A DNA stretch of 64,000 bases from Halioglobus sp. (GCA_045106775.1 JBGCFE010000041.1:9948-73947), one strand, 5' to 3'; positions 23,192 to 38,915 are shown, counted from the first letter of the stretch. The notes: generated by a model not told the origin, from the sequence alone. Program-made: numbers and translations.

Positions 23192-24565
23192 TTATTTTCC
23201 AATACAGAAACTGGAAAAAATATCACCAAGAAGATCATCAGTAGAGTATGTGCCTGTAATCTCTCCTAGCGCCAAATGCGCATGGCGCAAATCTTCTGCT
23301 AAAAGCTCGGCAGCCGATTGGTTATTGAGCATCTCTTGGCCGCTGGATAAAAACTGTCCTGTTTTTTTAAGCGCTTCTAGATGCCTTCGCCTGGCGCTGA
23401 ACTGACCTTCTTGATTTACTTTGTACCCCATTGAGTCAGCCAGGTGTTGTTTGAGTAAGTCCATGCCGGCGCCTGTTTTGGCCGAGAGTACAATTGTCTT
23501 GGCACTTGTCTGGCGGTTCTTGTCGGAATACACCGTGGGTTCCCGTTCAACCAGGTCACATTTGTTCGCAACAACCGTTATTGGAACAGCGTCTGAAAAG
23601 TATTGCCCCGCTAGTTGTTTTAGCTGTTGTAGGTGTTGTGTTGTTGATTCATTGGATTCACTGTCTGTCACTAGCAGAAGATGGTCCGCGCTCTCCATTT
23701 CGTGATGTGCGCGGCGAATACCCTCTTGCTCAATTTCATCTTCACTGTCGCGTAATCCAGCGGTGTCAACAATGTGCACTGGCATTCCTGCTATTTGGAT
23801 ATCATCGCGAAGTACGTCTCTAGTTGTACCGGCGACAGCGGTAACAATAGCGAGGTCACGCCCTGATAGAGCGTTTAGAAGGCTTGATTTTCCGGCATTG
23901 GGTTTGCCCACAATAACGAGCTTCATACCTTCTGTAAGCAGGGTTCCTTGCTTGGCCTCACTGTTTACTGCTTCGAATTTTTCCAAAATAACACTTAACT
24001 TCTCTTTGACCTGACCCTGCCCGATAAAATCGATTTCTTCTTCTGGAAAATCTATAGCGGCCTCTACGAAAATTCTCAGGTCAATGATTTCCTGGCTAAG
24101 CGAGTGAATTTTTTTTGAAAACGCTCCTTTTAGCGACCGCCCTGCGCTGCGTGCTGCTTGCTCTGTTGAGCTGTTGATGAGGTCGGCAATCGCTTCTGCT
24201 TGAGCTAAATCCAGCTTGTCGTTTAAAAAAGCTCTTTGTGAAAACTCTCCAGGTTCTGCCTGTCGCGCACCGAGTTCAATGGCTTCGCGGACAAGTAGGT
24301 CAAGCACGACTGGGCCACCATGTGCCTGAAACTCAACAACGCACTCACCGGTGAATGAATTTGGGGATGGGAAATACAAACATAAGCCAGAGTCTAGAGG
24401 CTCTTGTTCTACCCAAAATTCTGTGTAAAGGGCAGTTCTAGGTTCCACTGACTTCCGCGTAATAGCGAGGCTGATAGATTCAGCTAGCGGGCCTGATACC
24501 CGGACAATACCGATACCACCGCGTCCTGCTGCGGTCGCGACTGCCACGATCGTATCGGTTTGCAT
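23192..24565 (-). CDS. mnmE: tRNA modification GTPase MnmE (TrmE)
   Basis: DTIVAVATAAGRGGIGIVRVSG; GKPNAGKSSLLN; GTTRD; DTAG; FSSFCIGK C-terminus. Confidence 0.98.
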   Translation of the reverse strand: MQTDTIVAVATAAGRGGIGIVRVSGPLAESISLAITRKSVEPRTALYTEFWVEQEPLDSGLCLYFPSPNSFTGECVVEFQAHGGPVVLDLLVREAIELGARQAEPGEFSQRAFLNDKLDLAQAEAIADLINSSTEQAARSAGRSLKGAFSKKIHSLSQEIIDLRIFVEAAIDFPEEEIDFIGQGQVKEKLSVILEKFEAVNSEAKQGTLLTEGMKLVIVGKPNAGKSSLLNALSGRDLAIVTAVAGTTRDVLRDDIQIAGMPVHIVDTAGLRDSEDEIEQEGIRRAHHEMESADHLLLVTDSESNESTTQHLQQLKQLAGQYFSDAVPITVVANKCDLVEREPTVYSDKNRQTSAKTIVLSAKTGAGMDLLKQHLADSMGYKVNQEGQFSARRRHLEALKKTGQFLSSGQEMLNNQSAAELLAEDLRHAHLALGEITGTYSTDDLLGDIFSSFCIGK

Positions 24566-24569
24566 GGTG

Positions 24570-26285
24570 TCAGGTAGTAGCGGCGTTCTCTATTTGGCGA
24601 GTAATAACATACTGTTGAGTCATAGACAGTATGTTGTTGACTACCCAATACAGAACGAGGCCGGCTGGGAAAAATAGGAAGAAGAAGGTAAAGACCACCG
24701 GCATCCACTGCATAATCTTAGCTTGCATGGGGTCAGGTGGCGGAGGGTTCAGCTTTTGCATGAAGTACATGCTCGCGCCCATCATGAGCGGTAAAACGAA
24801 GTATGGGTCCATTACCGAGAGATCTTTAATCCACAGTATAAAGGGCGCATGACGCAGCTCTACGCTTTCCATCAGCATCCAATACAAGCCAATAAACACG
24901 GGCATCTGAACAAGAATAGGGAGACAACCACCCATTGGATTGATTTTCTCTTTCTTGTAGAGCTCCATCATTGCCTGCGACTGTTTTTGCTTGTCATCGG
25001 CATATTGTTCGCGGATATCAACCAGCTTAGGTTGTACTCGGCGCATATTGGCCATGGATTTATAAGACGTAGCGGATAGGCGGAAGAACACTGCTTTGAT
25101 GACGACAGTCAACAAAATAATGGCCACGCCCCAATTGCCAACCAGGCTCTGTATTTTTGTGAGCAGCCAAAATAGCGGTTGTGCAATCCACCAGAGCCAT
25201 CCGTAGTCAACTGAAAGATCGAGATACGGAGAAATTTCTTTGAGGCGATATTGGTCTTTTGGACCTGCGTAAAACCCCGCGCTTAAACTTCCTGAATTAC
25301 CTGGGTCCAGAACCAGTGCCGGCGTTGTAAATCCACCGATGTTGTAGCCGCTACTGGTAGCCCTTGCACTGTAGTTATGAGTCTGATCTGAGTTGGGTAT
25401 CCATGCACTTAAAAAGTAGTGCTGAATCATAGCAATCCAACCGCCAGGAAGCTGGCCTTTGTAAGGCTCGTCTCTTACGTCTTCAAAATCGAATTTTGTA
25501 AATCGGTCATCAGGCTGAGTGATGGCGAAGCCCAGAAAAGGCTGCATTCCCATAGCTGCGGATTCTGCTGCCGGGGGCTGTCGGCTGTCGCGTTTTATTT
25601 GTCCAAATAAATTCGCTTTCCAGCGCTCACTACCGTTATTTTCGATCAGGTATTCGACGTTGATTAAGTAATCGCCTCGTGTGAACGTAAAGCGCTTGAT
25701 AACATTTACGTCGCCGCTACCCTCCCAAAGCAAATCTACATTCAGTGAGTCTTGGCTTTCTGCTAACTCAAAACGGGCTTGTGTTGTTTTAAATGAGGCT
25801 CTGCCAGAGGTATCTATACCATTGGTGCCAATCAGTCCGCTTTGTGCGACATAGACGAGCTGGTCATTTTGCTCCAGAAGTACGAATGGATCGTTAGGAT
25901 TGTCCTGGCGAGCTAGATGTTTGGTAAGAGCCAGTTCAACGATATCGCCGCCAAGCAGGTCGATTGCTATTTCAAAAACGTCAGTGTTTATGAAAATAAT
26001 GTTACCGGTGGCCGTTTCTTGCGCCTGTTGTGCAGCGTTATCAACCACTGATGGGATGTCTTCTGATGGCGCAGCCGGTATCTCTTCATTTTCGCTTGCT
26101 GCTACAACGGCCGGCAGAGTGTCAGGCCTATCAACGGGCTGTTCTGGGGTGTCTCGGTTTATCAGCCGAGTCGTTTCCTGTGAGGCTGTGACTTTGCGCT
26201 CTTCTTTAAAGTTTACCCACTCCGTGAGCAACATGAAGGAGAGAAAAACCATGGCACCTATAAGGAGTGTGCGTTGCAAATCCAT
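24570..26285 (-). CDS. yidC: Membrane protein insertase YidC
   Basis: VDYGWLWWIAQPLF; NWGVAIILLT; NPMGGCLPILVQMP; GLVLYWVVNN. Confidence 0.97.
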   Translation of the reverse strand: MDLQRTLLIGAMVFLSFMLLTEWVNFKEERKVTASQETTRLINRDTPEQPVDRPDTLPAVVAASENEEIPAAPSEDIPSVVDNAAQQAQETATGNIIFINTDVFEIAIDLLGGDIVELALTKHLARQDNPNDPFVLLEQNDQLVYVAQSGLIGTNGIDTSGRASFKTTQARFELAESQDSLNVDLLWEGSGDVNVIKRFTFTRGDYLINVEYLIENNGSERWKANLFGQIKRDSRQPPAAESAAMGMQPFLGFAITQPDDRFTKFDFEDVRDEPYKGQLPGGWIAMIQHYFLSAWIPNSDQTHNYSARATSSGYNIGGFTTPALVLDPGNSGSLSAGFYAGPKDQYRLKEISPYLDLSVDYGWLWWIAQPLFWLLTKIQSLVGNWGVAIILLTVVIKAVFFRLSATSYKSMANMRRVQPKLVDIREQYADDKQKQSQAMMELYKKEKINPMGGCLPILVQMPVFIGLYWMLMESVELRHAPFILWIKDLSVMDPYFVLPLMMGASMYFMQKLNPPPPDPMQAKIMQWMPVVFTFFFLFFPAGLVLYWVVNNILSMTQQYVITRQIENAATT

Positions 26286-26305
26286 AAGAGATATCTATTG
26301 TCAGA

Positions 26306-26554
26306 TTAGAGAGTGTGGTGTTTGTGCTTGTGTTTATTGGTACAAGGCGGCACAGGGTCTTCCCCACCTTCGTGCCAAGGATGACATTTGCAAAGCCGTT
26401 TTATGCCGAGAATGGAGCCGGTGATTACACCGTGCTCTGAAATTGCATCTTGAGCGTAATGCGAACAGCTGGGGTAAAAGCGGCAGTTGTTACCGAGAAA
26501 AGGGCTTAAGCAGGCTCTATAAGCAGAAATGATAGCGATCAGCATGCGGCGCAT
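26306..26554 (-). CDS. yidD: Membrane protein insertion efficiency factor YidD
   Basis: [11 protein letters not shown]...[17 protein letters not shown]; located between rnpA and yidC. Confidence 0.95.
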   Translation of the reverse strand: MRRMLIAIISAYRACLSPFLGNNCRFYPSCSHYAQDAISEHGVITGSILGIKRLCKCHPWHEGGEDPVPPCTNKHKHKHHTL

Positions 26555-26572
26555 TGCGTGTTCCAATAACGT

Positions 26573-26977
26573 TTAATCAGAGCGGTTTTTAGCTATTTGT
26601 TTCTGTAACTTCTGCCATTGCTGCAGCAATATAGAGGATAGTTCTTCATTATCCAACTCGGCTATTCCCTTGCGAGCAAGCAGTACAACATCGAGAGTGG
26701 GCGGTTGAGAAGGAAGCTTGCGGAAAACTTCTCTTGCTAGCCGCTTAATGCGATTGCGCTGTACGGCCAGGCGAACATGCTTTTTGGCAACTACCAGCCC
26801 GAGCCTGTTGTGTTCGCCTTGGTTGCATCGGCCTAGAAGCAACAGGTGACGGTGTGATGCTCGAGCATCGTTTTCTTCGAAAACTTTGCTGTAATGGGCT
26901 GCGTTGAGTAGCCGTTTAGCCTTATCGAAACGAGCGTCAATAGGCGTGTTTGATGCCCGAGGGTTCACGTCGGGCAA
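26573..26977 (-). CDS. rnpA: Ribonuclease P protein component (start uncertain)
   Basis: RLGLVVAKK, AVQRNRIKRLARE (RNR motif). Confidence 0.95.
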   Translation of the reverse strand: MPDVNPRASNTPIDARFDKAKRLLNAAHYSKVFEENDARASHRHLLLLGRCNQGEHNRLGLVVAKKHVRLAVQRNRIKRLAREVFRKLPSQPPTLDVVLLARKGIAELDNEELSSILLQQWQKLQKQIAKNRSD

Positions 26978-26983
26978 AAGCTG

Positions 26984-27118
26984 TTAGGCAGAAAGACTCT
27001 TGCGGCCTTTGGCGCGACGGCGATTGAGTACATGGCGGCCGCCTTTAGTAGCCATACGTGCACGAAATCCGTGTGTGCGCTTGCGCTTAATGACGCTGGG
27101 CTGGAATGTTCTTTTCAT
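26984..27118 (-). CDS. rpmH: 50S ribosomal protein L34
   Basis: [44 protein letters not shown], 44 aa from ATG 27118. Confidence 0.98.
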   Translation of the reverse strand: MKRTFQPSVIKRKRTHGFRARMATKGGRHVLNRRRAKGRKSLSA

Positions 27119-27206
27119 CGTAATGCTTCCAAGTAATTGTTCAGTGTCTTTTGGCGCGAGGCGTTTAGCGTAGTGTAAGCGCGGTTGTGCCAAAAAAAGG
27201 TGCGCC

Positions 27207-27235
27207 ATTCTAGAGAAATGTGGCGGCTAATTCAA
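27207..27235 (-). promoter_or_regulatory. sigma70 promoter of rpmH-rnpA-yidD-yidC
   Basis: Minus strand TTGAAT-17 nt-TAGAAT. Confidence 0.65.
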
Positions 27236-27406
27236 CGTTTGTTGAATGCCTTTTCACTCGCCTTTTTTCTCCTTTTTCGTTCGTTAACTCCTGCTCTGTG
27301 TCCTGGTGACTTGAGGAAAGATAAGAGGTGTGAGAAATACAGCATTCTCAGAGATAACAGGGACTTGCGCCACTCACACACATCTTTTTCAAAAGATATA
27401 AACACG

Positions 27407-27534
27407 TTATACACAAAAATGCTTATCCAAGTGGGGTTTTGATGAAGGTGCCTAATAATTGAGCTAAATATGCGTAAGTTGTTGAAATAATTATATAAAA
27501 ATAATTTATATCTTAGCGATATTTGTGTGGATAA
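27407..27534. promoter_or_regulatory. DnaA boxes and AT-rich tract upstream of dnaA
   Basis: TTATACACA 27407-27415, TTATCCAAG 27423-27431, TGTGGATAA 27526-27534; AT-rich 27485-27515. Confidence 0.75.
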
Positions 27535-27633
27535 CAGCGGTTTTGGAGAGTATTATTCTGTCTCTGGTCAATGCAGACCATCTGAAACACCAATTGTTAT
27601 TATCATTAGTTAATTTCCTGGGTAAATTCTAGG

Positions 27634-29151
27634 TTGGGGGTTTTTTTGCCCGATATTGTATGGCAACAATGTGTAGACCGGTTACGAGATGAGCTGCCCT
27701 CGCAGCAGTTTCATACCTGGATACGTCCATTGTTTGCGCAGCGCAATGATAGCGCAGTCATCCTGTTTGCTCCCAATCGCTTCATCAAAGACTTCGTGGC
27801 TGAAAAGTATCAAGAGCGTATACAGGAGTTGGTGCGAGAAATCGCCCCGGACAGCGTTCTTGAGGTTTCCATCGATATTGGAGATGCGGGTTTAGCACCT
27901 CAGATAGCCGATCAAGTGTCTGCAGCTCCTGAGCTCGTCGTTGACAATGCCCAGTCAGACAATGTCCAGGCGTTCGCCGCGCCAGAAAGAGTTGGCCAGG
28001 CAAATTCCGGGGCCGTAGCCGCACGCCCTCTTAATAGCCCACCCAGTGTCGTTGGAGAAAGTACGGTAACTCGCGACGTTGGCTTTCAAGCTCCGCGAAG
28101 GGTCGAGGTTGAAGGGTCGATTACGCACCAGCAGCACTCGTTGGTTGACAATTACACGTTCGAGAGTTTCGTAGAAGGTAAGTCAAACCAGCTTGCCTTG
28201 GCTGCAGCTCAACAAGTCGCTGAAAACCCCGGAGACTCCTATAACCCGCTCTTTTTATATGGCGGTGTAGGGCTTGGTAAGACTCACTTGATGCACGCTG
28301 TCGGGCACGCGTTGAAAGCGCAAAACCCTGAAGCAAAAGTAGTGTATTTGCATTCTGAGCGTTTTGTGGCCGACATGGTAAAAGCGCTTCAGCTAAATGC
28401 GATAAACGATTTCAAGCGATTTTATCGGTCTGTTGATGCGCTACTCATTGACGACATCCAGTTTTTTGCCAAGAAAGATCGCTCTCAAGAGGAGTTTTTT
28501 CACACGTTTAATGCGCTGTTGGAGGGTGGTCAGCAGATGATCCTCACGTGTGATCGCTATCCGAAAGAAATAGATGGCCTTGAAGAGCGGCTAAAGTCAC
28601 GGTTTGGTTGGGGCCTTACGGTTGCAGTAGAGCCGCCTGAACTCGAGACAAGGGTCGCGATTTTGATGAAAAAAGCGACTGAAGCGAAGGTTGATCTTCC
28701 ACCGGACGCCGCTTTTTTTATCGCACAGAGAATACGCTCTAATGTGAGAGAGCTAGAGGGTGCCTTGAAGCGAGTGATGGCGAGCGCTCACTTCGTCGGC
28801 AAGCCGATCGATATCGAGCTGATCAAAGATAGCCTTAAAGATCTGCTCGCTCTGCAAGATAGGCAGGTGAGTATGGACAATATCCAGCGTACAGCCGCTG
28901 AGTATTACAAGATCAAAATAGCCGACATGATGTCTCGTCGGCGCAGCCGCTCCGTCGCAAGGCCGAGGCAAATGGCAATGGCTTTGTCAAAGGAGCTAAC
29001 CAACCATAGTCTGCCAGAGATAGGTGACAGTTTTGGTGGTAGAGACCACACAACAGTTCTGCATGCATGTCGAAAAATTAAGGAACTTCGTGAAACTAAC
29101 TCCGATATAAGGGAAGATTACAAGAACTTGTTGCGATCTCTCACAACATGA
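27634..29151 (+). CDS. dnaA: Chromosomal replication initiator DnaA (start uncertain)
   Basis: [17 protein letters not shown]; LLIDDIQF; [12 protein letters not shown]. Confidence 0.98.
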   Translation: MGVFLPDIVWQQCVDRLRDELPSQQFHTWIRPLFAQRNDSAVILFAPNRFIKDFVAEKYQERIQELVREIAPDSVLEVSIDIGDAGLAPQIADQVSAAPELVVDNAQSDNVQAFAAPERVGQANSGAVAARPLNSPPSVVGESTVTRDVGFQAPRRVEVEGSITHQQHSLVDNYTFESFVEGKSNQLALAAAQQVAENPGDSYNPLFLYGGVGLGKTHLMHAVGHALKAQNPEAKVVYLHSERFVADMVKALQLNAINDFKRFYRSVDALLIDDIQFFAKKDRSQEEFFHTFNALLEGGQQMILTCDRYPKEIDGLEERLKSRFGWGLTVAVEPPELETRVAILMKKATEAKVDLPPDAAFFIAQRIRSNVRELEGALKRVMASAHFVGKPIDIELIKDSLKDLLALQDRQVSMDNIQRTAAEYYKIKIADMMSRRRSRSVARPRQMAMALSKELTNHSLPEIGDSFGGRDHTTVLHACRKIKELRETNSDIREDYKNLLRSLTT

Positions 29152-29284
29152 AAAAACAAAACCTAGCTTTATAAAACGACATATATTCGGGAGCTTCAAT
29201 TGGAGATAGTTGTTGAAGCGATATAAAAAGCAGTACTAAAACAGCATTACAAAGCAGCAACATTAGGGAAGGAAACACACCGCT

Positions 29285-30394
29285 ATGAAGTTTAGCATCG
29301 CCCGGGATACGCTCCTGAAATCTCTGAACCTAGTCGCCGGCGTAGTAGAGCGCCGCCAGACGCTACCTATTCTTGCCAACGTACTCATGGTGCTCGAAGG
29401 AGACCGTCTCTCGTTGACTGGTACCGACCTGGAGGTCGAGTTAGTAGGCAGACTCCAGGTATCAGGGAGTACAGAGGCGGGAGAAGTCACCGTGCCTGCC
29501 AGAAAGTTGGCCGACATTTGTAAGTCGTTACCCGAAGGGAGCGATATTCATTTTTCGCTGAAGGATGGTAAGGCCACGGTCAAGTCGGGCCGCAGCCGCT
29601 TTACGCTTTCAACCTTGCCTGCTAGAGAGTTTCCGAATGTTGAAGACAGCATAGGAACGCATCAGCTGACGCTGAAGCAGGGCCAGTTAAAGCGGTTAAT
29701 CGATAGAACCGGGTTTGCCATGGCCCAGCAGGATGTACGCTACTACCTTAATGGCATGCTTTGGGAGCTGGATAAAAACCAATTGCGTGTTGTGGCAACC
29801 GATGGCCATCGCCTGGCGATGTGCACACTGGCGGACAAGCTTGACGTTAATGGAGATGGAGCTGCGCAGGTTATTTTGCCCCGGAAAGGTGTTTTGGAGC
29901 TCGCTCGCCTACTTATGGATGATGCAGCGGATATCGCAATTGTTATCGGCAGCAATCACATTCGTGCAATGACAGATGATTTCACATTCACTTCTAAGCT
30001 GGTCGATGGAAAGTTTCCAGACTACAAGCGTGTTCTGCCACGCTCGCCTGACAAAGTTGTGCTGGGTTCTAGGCTAGAGCTTCGGCAGGCTTTCACTCGC
30101 ACAGCCATTCTTTCAAACGAAAAGTATCGCGGTGTGCGTTTAAAACTGGCGGATAACACGCTGGATATTGTGGCTAACAACCCAGAGCAGGAGGAGGCAG
30201 AAGAAACTGTTTCTGTAGATTACGCGGGAGAAGCGTTGGAATTAGGCTTTAATGTTAGTTACCTCCTCGATGTACTGGGTGTGTTAAGCGGTGAGCAGAT
30301 AAAGCTGTCCCTCGCCGACCCCAATAGCAGCGCCCTGTTGGAAGAGTCTGAAGACGGCGATTCACTCTATGTAGTGATGCCAATGCGATTGTAG
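29285..30394 (+). CDS. dnaN: DNA polymerase III beta clamp
   Basis: TLPILANVL; QQDVRYYLNG; VATDGHRLA; YVVMPMRL. Confidence 0.98.
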   Translation: MKFSIARDTLLKSLNLVAGVVERRQTLPILANVLMVLEGDRLSLTGTDLEVELVGRLQVSGSTEAGEVTVPARKLADICKSLPEGSDIHFSLKDGKATVKSGRSRFTLSTLPAREFPNVEDSIGTHQLTLKQGQLKRLIDRTGFAMAQQDVRYYLNGMLWELDKNQLRVVATDGHRLAMCTLADKLDVNGDGAAQVILPRKGVLELARLLMDDAADIAIVIGSNHIRAMTDDFTFTSKLVDGKFPDYKRVLPRSPDKVVLGSRLELRQAFTRTAILSNEKYRGVRLKLADNTLDIVANNPEQEEAEETVSVDYAGEALELGFNVSYLLDVLGVLSGEQIKLSLADPNSSALLEESEDGDSLYVVMPMRL

Positions 30395-30457
30395 GGGTCT
30401 GCCGTTTTCTCTTTGCAGTTCTGCTTTGCGACAAACCTGGGCCACGAGCAGCGTTGA

Positions 30458-31558
30458 GTGGCCCTGAACCAGCTGAAAATCGATGGAATTCGAAACCTCC
30501 GGGACGTTAGTCTTGAGGGGCTTGAAGCCGTAAACGTTTTTTATGGTATCAACGGTAGCGGCAAAACCAGTGTTTTAGAGGCTATTCACCTACTCGGCAT
30601 GGCGCGCTCCTTTCGCGGTAATAGCGTGAAGTCGGTTATCACGCATGGCGAGGATAGCTGTGTTGTTTATGGTTCATTGGCTGCCCCCTCCACTAATAAA
30701 CCAGCGCTAATGTTGGGTATTAAAAGAAACAGGGTCGGCCAGGCCCAGATCAAGGTCGGTGGCCAGCCCGTTCGCACCGTAGCAGAGCTTGCTGAGCAGC
30801 TTCCCCTTCAGGTGATTAATGCCGATACATTTGGCCTGTTAACAGGTTCGCCCTCCTCTCGGCGGCAATATTTGGATTGGGGGGTGTTCCACGTGGAACA
30901 CGCCTTCTTTTCAGAATGGCAGAGGTTTCAGCGTTGTATTAAACAGCGCAATAAACTGCTGCGCCGTGGTAAACTGACGAACAAAGAATTAGATATCTGG
31001 ACCCGCGATCTCGCAGCTTCAGGCGCTGCTATTAGCGATTACAGGAAAAACTACTTTAAAGAGCTGGCACCGCGCTTTCGGGCCATTATGGCCAGCCTGG
31101 CCCCTTCGCTTGAAGAGCTAGAGTTGCATTATCGGCAAGGCTGGGATCGCCAGCTGAGCTATGCCGAAGCTTTGGCCCAGGGCGTATCGGCAGATTTAGA
31201 GCAGGGATACACGCATACCGGGCCGCAGCGGGCAGACTTGCGGGTGACGACTGCTGGATATGGGGCCGCAGAGACTCTGTCGAGAGGCCAGCAAAAACTG
31301 GTGGTATGCGGGTTGAAGCTTGCACAAGGCCAGATGATGACAGAGCTTGGCAAGGGGTCATGCACTTATCTCATCGACGATTTGCCGTCTGAGCTAGATG
31401 AGGCCCATAGTCGGCTTATATGCCAATGGTTGGCGGACATGGATGCCCAAGTGTTCATAACCTGCGTAAAGTTAGATGAGATCCGGTCTGTTTGGCCTCC
31501 AAACAGTCCGTTTGGAGTGTTCCACGTGGAACAAGGGTCGGTGGTAGCTGCAGGCTGA
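30458..31558 (+). CDS. recF: DNA replication and repair protein RecF
   Basis: GINGSGKTS Walker A; RRQYLDWG; LSRGQQK; YLIDDLPSELD. Confidence 0.97.
   Translation: MALNQLKIDGIRNLRDVSLEGLEAVNVFYGINGSGKTSVLEAIHLLGMARSFRGNSVKSVITHGEDSCVVYGSLAAPSTNKPALMLGIKRNRVGQAQIKVGGQPVRTVAELAEQLPLQVINADTFGLLTGSPSSRRQYLDWGVFHVEHAFFSEWQRFQRCIKQRNKLLRRGKLTNKELDIWTRDLAASGAAISDYRKNYFKELAPRFRAIMASLAPSLEELELHYRQGWDRQLSYAEALAQGVSADLEQGYTHTGPQRADLRVTTAGYGAAETLSRGQQKLVVCGLKLAQGQMMTELGKGSCTYLIDDLPSELDEAHSRLICQWLADMDAQVFITCVKLDEIRSVWPPNSPFGVFHVEQGSVVAAG
30885..30900. other. parS site (perfect palindrome) inside recF
   Basis: TGTTCCACGTGGAACA, matching the bacterial parS consensus. Confidence 0.9.
31518..31533. other. parS site (perfect palindrome) near the recF 3' end
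   Basis: Second exact TGTTCCACGTGGAACA. Confidence 0.9.
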
Positions 31559-31610
31559 TCAATTGCTATGCAGCTAGGATTAGCTGGCAATAAGCTCGGC
31601 CCAGCACTAA

Positions 31611-35746
<4,136 letters not shown>

Positions 35747-35859
35747 GGGTGAGCGCCTAGTGTAAATCAAAGCCGTTATTAGCAGGGGAAAACTGTGGGT
35801 GCTCTGGTTTTATCTGTCGCCTTTTCGAGCAGGCACGCAGGCGCGCCTGATGAGAAAGA

Positions 35860-37938
35860 CTATTTGGTGACCGCGAGTTGTGAGATGTCCGCCACCGCTA
35901 GAAATTGATCACGCAGTTGCTTAAGGAGGTTTAGGCGATTGTTCCGTAGAGCATCATCGTCTGCGTTTACCATGACCCCATCGAAAAAGGCATCAACTGG
36001 CCCACGTAGGCCGGCGAGGGCTGAGAGAGCCGCTGTATAATCTCCCGACGATAAAGACCTACTGCTTTCTTTGGAAAGTGCTTCGAGGCTCTTTGAGAGC
36101 CCTTTTTCTTCAGCTTCTGCGAGTAAGTTGGTGCTAACTTCGCCAAACTGATGGCCAGCATCCAGCTTGCCCAGAATGTTAGAAACGCGCTTATTCGCTG
36201 CGGCCAATGCCTGGGCTTCTGGAAGCTGCGAGAATGCATGCACTGCCAGTACGCGCCTATGAATGTCCAAGGGCTGCACAGGCTCAGTGGCCGTTACGGC
36301 CTTAAAGACTTCCACAGGAATCGCGTCTTCTTCGTACCACGCGCGGAAGCGTTCGATCATGTAGGCGAAGACGGCATCAACGGTTCCTTCTTCTAAAACG
36401 CCATGAGCAAAACCGGCGGCAGCTTCAGAGACACAGCGGTGCAAATCGAGATCCAGGCCCTTCTCTACAATAATGCGTAGCACAGCCAATGATGCCCGAC
36501 GCAAAGCGAAGGGATCCTTAGAGCCAGTGGGCGCCTGCCCAATGCCGAAGATTCCGACCAGAGTATCGAGGCGATCGGCCAGGCCCAGGGCGCACGCGAC
36601 AGGCTCCTCCGGTAATTGGTCGCCAGCGAACTTTGGCCAATACTGTTGGGCGATTGCCTGTGCGACGCTCGCCGCTTCACCATCGTGTTCAGCGTAATAG
36701 GCACCGGCAACGCCCTGCATGTCGGAAAACTCGAGCACCATATCGGTGACCAGATCGCACTTACTGAGCAGCGCTGCGCGCTCGGCTGAGGCAGCATCGG
36801 CCCCTACTTCAGTCGCTAGCGTTTTGGCGAGAGAGGCAATCCGGCGCGTTTTGTCCGCCACGGACCCCAGCTTTTTCTGGAAGACAATGCCCTCAAGCTT
36901 CACCAGCCGGTCAGCCAGCGGAGTCTTCTTATCGGTCTCAAAGAAGAAGGCCGCATCGGACAGCCGCGGCCGAATAACGCGCTCATTGCCCGCGATGACT
37001 TGAGCTGGGTCAGTGCTTTCAATGTTCGACACGGTGATGAAGTACGGCTTTAAGTTGCCCTCTTCATCCACCACATGAAAGTACTTCTGGTGCTCCTTCA
37101 TAGAGGAGATAAGCGCCTCCGCAGGAACCTCCAAAAAGCGCTCCTCAAAGGAGCCCGCGAGCGCAACCGGCCACTCGACCAACCCAGTCACTTCGTTGAG
37201 CAAATCTTCTTCAATGACAGCCACGGCGCCCAGTGCATCGGCTGCCGCGTTAACGCTCTCGACAATACGTGCCCTTCTCTTATCGAAGTGAGCGATCACT
37301 TTCGCTGAAGATAAGACAACCTCATATTCTTCAGGCTTGCTGAGCGTTAACTCACCCGCTGAATGGAATCGGTGCCCGCGCGTGGTATTACCGTATTTCA
37401 GACCCAATACCTCGCCTTCTAGTGTTTGTTCGCCCAGCATGGCGGTGACCCAGTGAACGGGCCTAACAAACTCGACGCGGTTTGCACCCCACCGCATCCG
37501 GCGTGGAATGGGCAGGCCAGCAATGGCCTCGTTGATTACCGCTTCTATGCATAGCGCCGTGTTTACGCCAGCCTCTGTTCGTTTTACACCCAGCCGCTCA
37601 CCCTTTGGTGTATCAATAACGGCAAGCTCCTCCGGTGCGATGCCCTGCTTCTTGGCAAAGCCGGCTGCGGCTGGCGTCCAATTGCCATCAGCATCTTTGG
37701 CTTTGTCTGCCGGCGGGCCCAGTAGTTCGAGGTCTTTATCGGCGCCGCGTAATGGCACGTCGCTAATGAGCACCGCAAGCCGTCGCGGTGACGCAAACCA
37801 CTCGAACTTCCCCAACGTTAGATCACGCTGATTGAGACCATTTACCACACCATCGGCAAATGCTACCCCAAGCGCGTGCAATGCTTTGGGTGGCAACTCT
37901 TCGGTGCCCAACTCAATAAGCAGTGTTGCGGTACTCAT
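35860..37938 (-). CDS. glyS: Glycine--tRNA ligase beta subunit
   Basis: [12 protein letters not shown]; FVRPVHW; [10 protein letters not shown]; RNNRLNLL. Confidence 0.97.
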   Translation of the reverse strand: MSTATLLIELGTEELPPKALHALGVAFADGVVNGLNQRDLTLGKFEWFASPRRLAVLISDVPLRGADKDLELLGPPADKAKDADGNWTPAAAGFAKKQGIAPEELAVIDTPKGERLGVKRTEAGVNTALCIEAVINEAIAGLPIPRRMRWGANRVEFVRPVHWVTAMLGEQTLEGEVLGLKYGNTTRGHRFHSAGELTLSKPEEYEVVLSSAKVIAHFDKRRARIVESVNAAADALGAVAVIEEDLLNEVTGLVEWPVALAGSFEERFLEVPAEALISSMKEHQKYFHVVDEEGNLKPYFITVSNIESTDPAQVIAGNERVIRPRLSDAAFFFETDKKTPLADRLVKLEGIVFQKKLGSVADKTRRIASLAKTLATEVGADAASAERAALLSKCDLVTDMVLEFSDMQGVAGAYYAEHDGEAASVAQAIAQQYWPKFAGDQLPEEPVACALGLADRLDTLVGIFGIGQAPTGSKDPFALRRASLAVLRIIVEKGLDLDLHRCVSEAAAGFAHGVLEEGTVDAVFAYMIERFRAWYEEDAIPVEVFKAVTATEPVQPLDIHRRVLAVHAFSQLPEAQALAAANKRVSNILGKLDAGHQFGEVSTNLLAEAEEKGLSKSLEALSKESSRSLSSGDYTAALSALAGLRGPVDAFFDGVMVNADDDALRNNRLNLLKQLRDQFLAVADISQLAVTK

Positions 37939-38915
37939 GATGCCTTTGCCTCTTCTTCTAGTTTGGCCAGTGCTTCGTCACGCAGAGGTTGGGTGGCCAT
38001 TGGGAAACCCAGCGCCGCCCGCGAGAGCAGATACGCCTGTGCGACTTCTCTGGCCAGTGTACGAACGCGAAGTATGAATCGTTGCCGCTCGGTAACGGAG
38101 ATGGCGTGTCGCGCATCCAACAGGTTAAAGGCATGGGACGCTTTCATCACCATCTCGTAGGCAGGAAGAGGCAGGCCTTTTTCTACCAGGCGTAGAGCGT
38201 CTTTTTCGCACTGGTCAAAGTAGCTAAACAAAGCAGGCACATCAGCTTCTTCAAAGTTGTACTTAGACATTTCTACTTCATTCTGATGAAACACGTCGCC
38301 ATACGTTACGCGGCCATTGGGCGTGTCTGCCCACAGCAAATCATAGATGCTATCTACACCTTGTAGATACATGGCGATTCGCTCGATGCCGTAGGTAATT
38401 TCGCCGGTGACCGGATAACACTCTAATCCACCAGCTTGCTGAAAGTAGGTGAACTGCGTCACCTCCATGCCATTGAGCCATACCTCCCAACCCAGGCCCC
38501 ATGCGCCCAAGGTGGGTGACTCCCAGTTGTCCTCAACGAAGCGAATGTCATGAATGGCAGAGTCTATACCCAGCGTGCTTAACGATTCTAAATACAAGCT
38601 TTGGATTTCAGGCGGTGAAGGCTTTAGTGCAACCTGAAACTGATAGTAGTGCTGCAAGCGGTTTGGGTTCTCGCCATACCGGCCGTCGGTAGGCCTCCGG
38701 CAAGGCTGTACGTACGCAGCATTCCAGCTTTCAGGGCCAACGGCTCGTAAAAATGTTGCGGGATGAAAGGTACCTGCGCCCACTTCCATATCCAAAGGCT
38801 GCAAGACAACGCAGCCATGCTGCGCCCAAAACTCTTGCAGTTTGAGAATGATCTCTTGAAACGTCAGCGTAGAATTGGATGCGCTATCTTCTACATTAAC
38901 TTCGCTATTCATCAC
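37935..38915 (-). CDS. glyQ: Glycine--tRNA ligase alpha subunit
   Basis: [12 protein letters not shown]; [19 protein letters not shown]; [18 protein letters not shown]. Confidence 0.98.
   Translation of the reverse strand: MMNSEVNVEDSASNSTLTFQEIILKLQEFWAQHGCVVLQPLDMEVGAGTFHPATFLRAVGPESWNAAYVQPCRRPTDGRYGENPNRLQHYYQFQVALKPSPPEIQSLYLESLSTLGIDSAIHDIRFVEDNWESPTLGAWGLGWEVWLNGMEVTQFTYFQQAGGLECYPVTGEITYGIERIAMYLQGVDSIYDLLWADTPNGRVTYGDVFHQNEVEMSKYNFEEADVPALFSYFDQCEKDALRLVEKGLPLPAYEMVMKASHAFNLLDARHAISVTERQRFILRVRTLAREVAQAYLLSRAALGFPMATQPLRDEALAKLEEEAKAS

Noticed and set aside
26984-27414. Extended 74-aa rpmH ORF and small ORFs in the rpmH-dnaA spacer
   Set aside because: L34 starts at ATG 27118; the rest is promoter and DnaA-box DNA.
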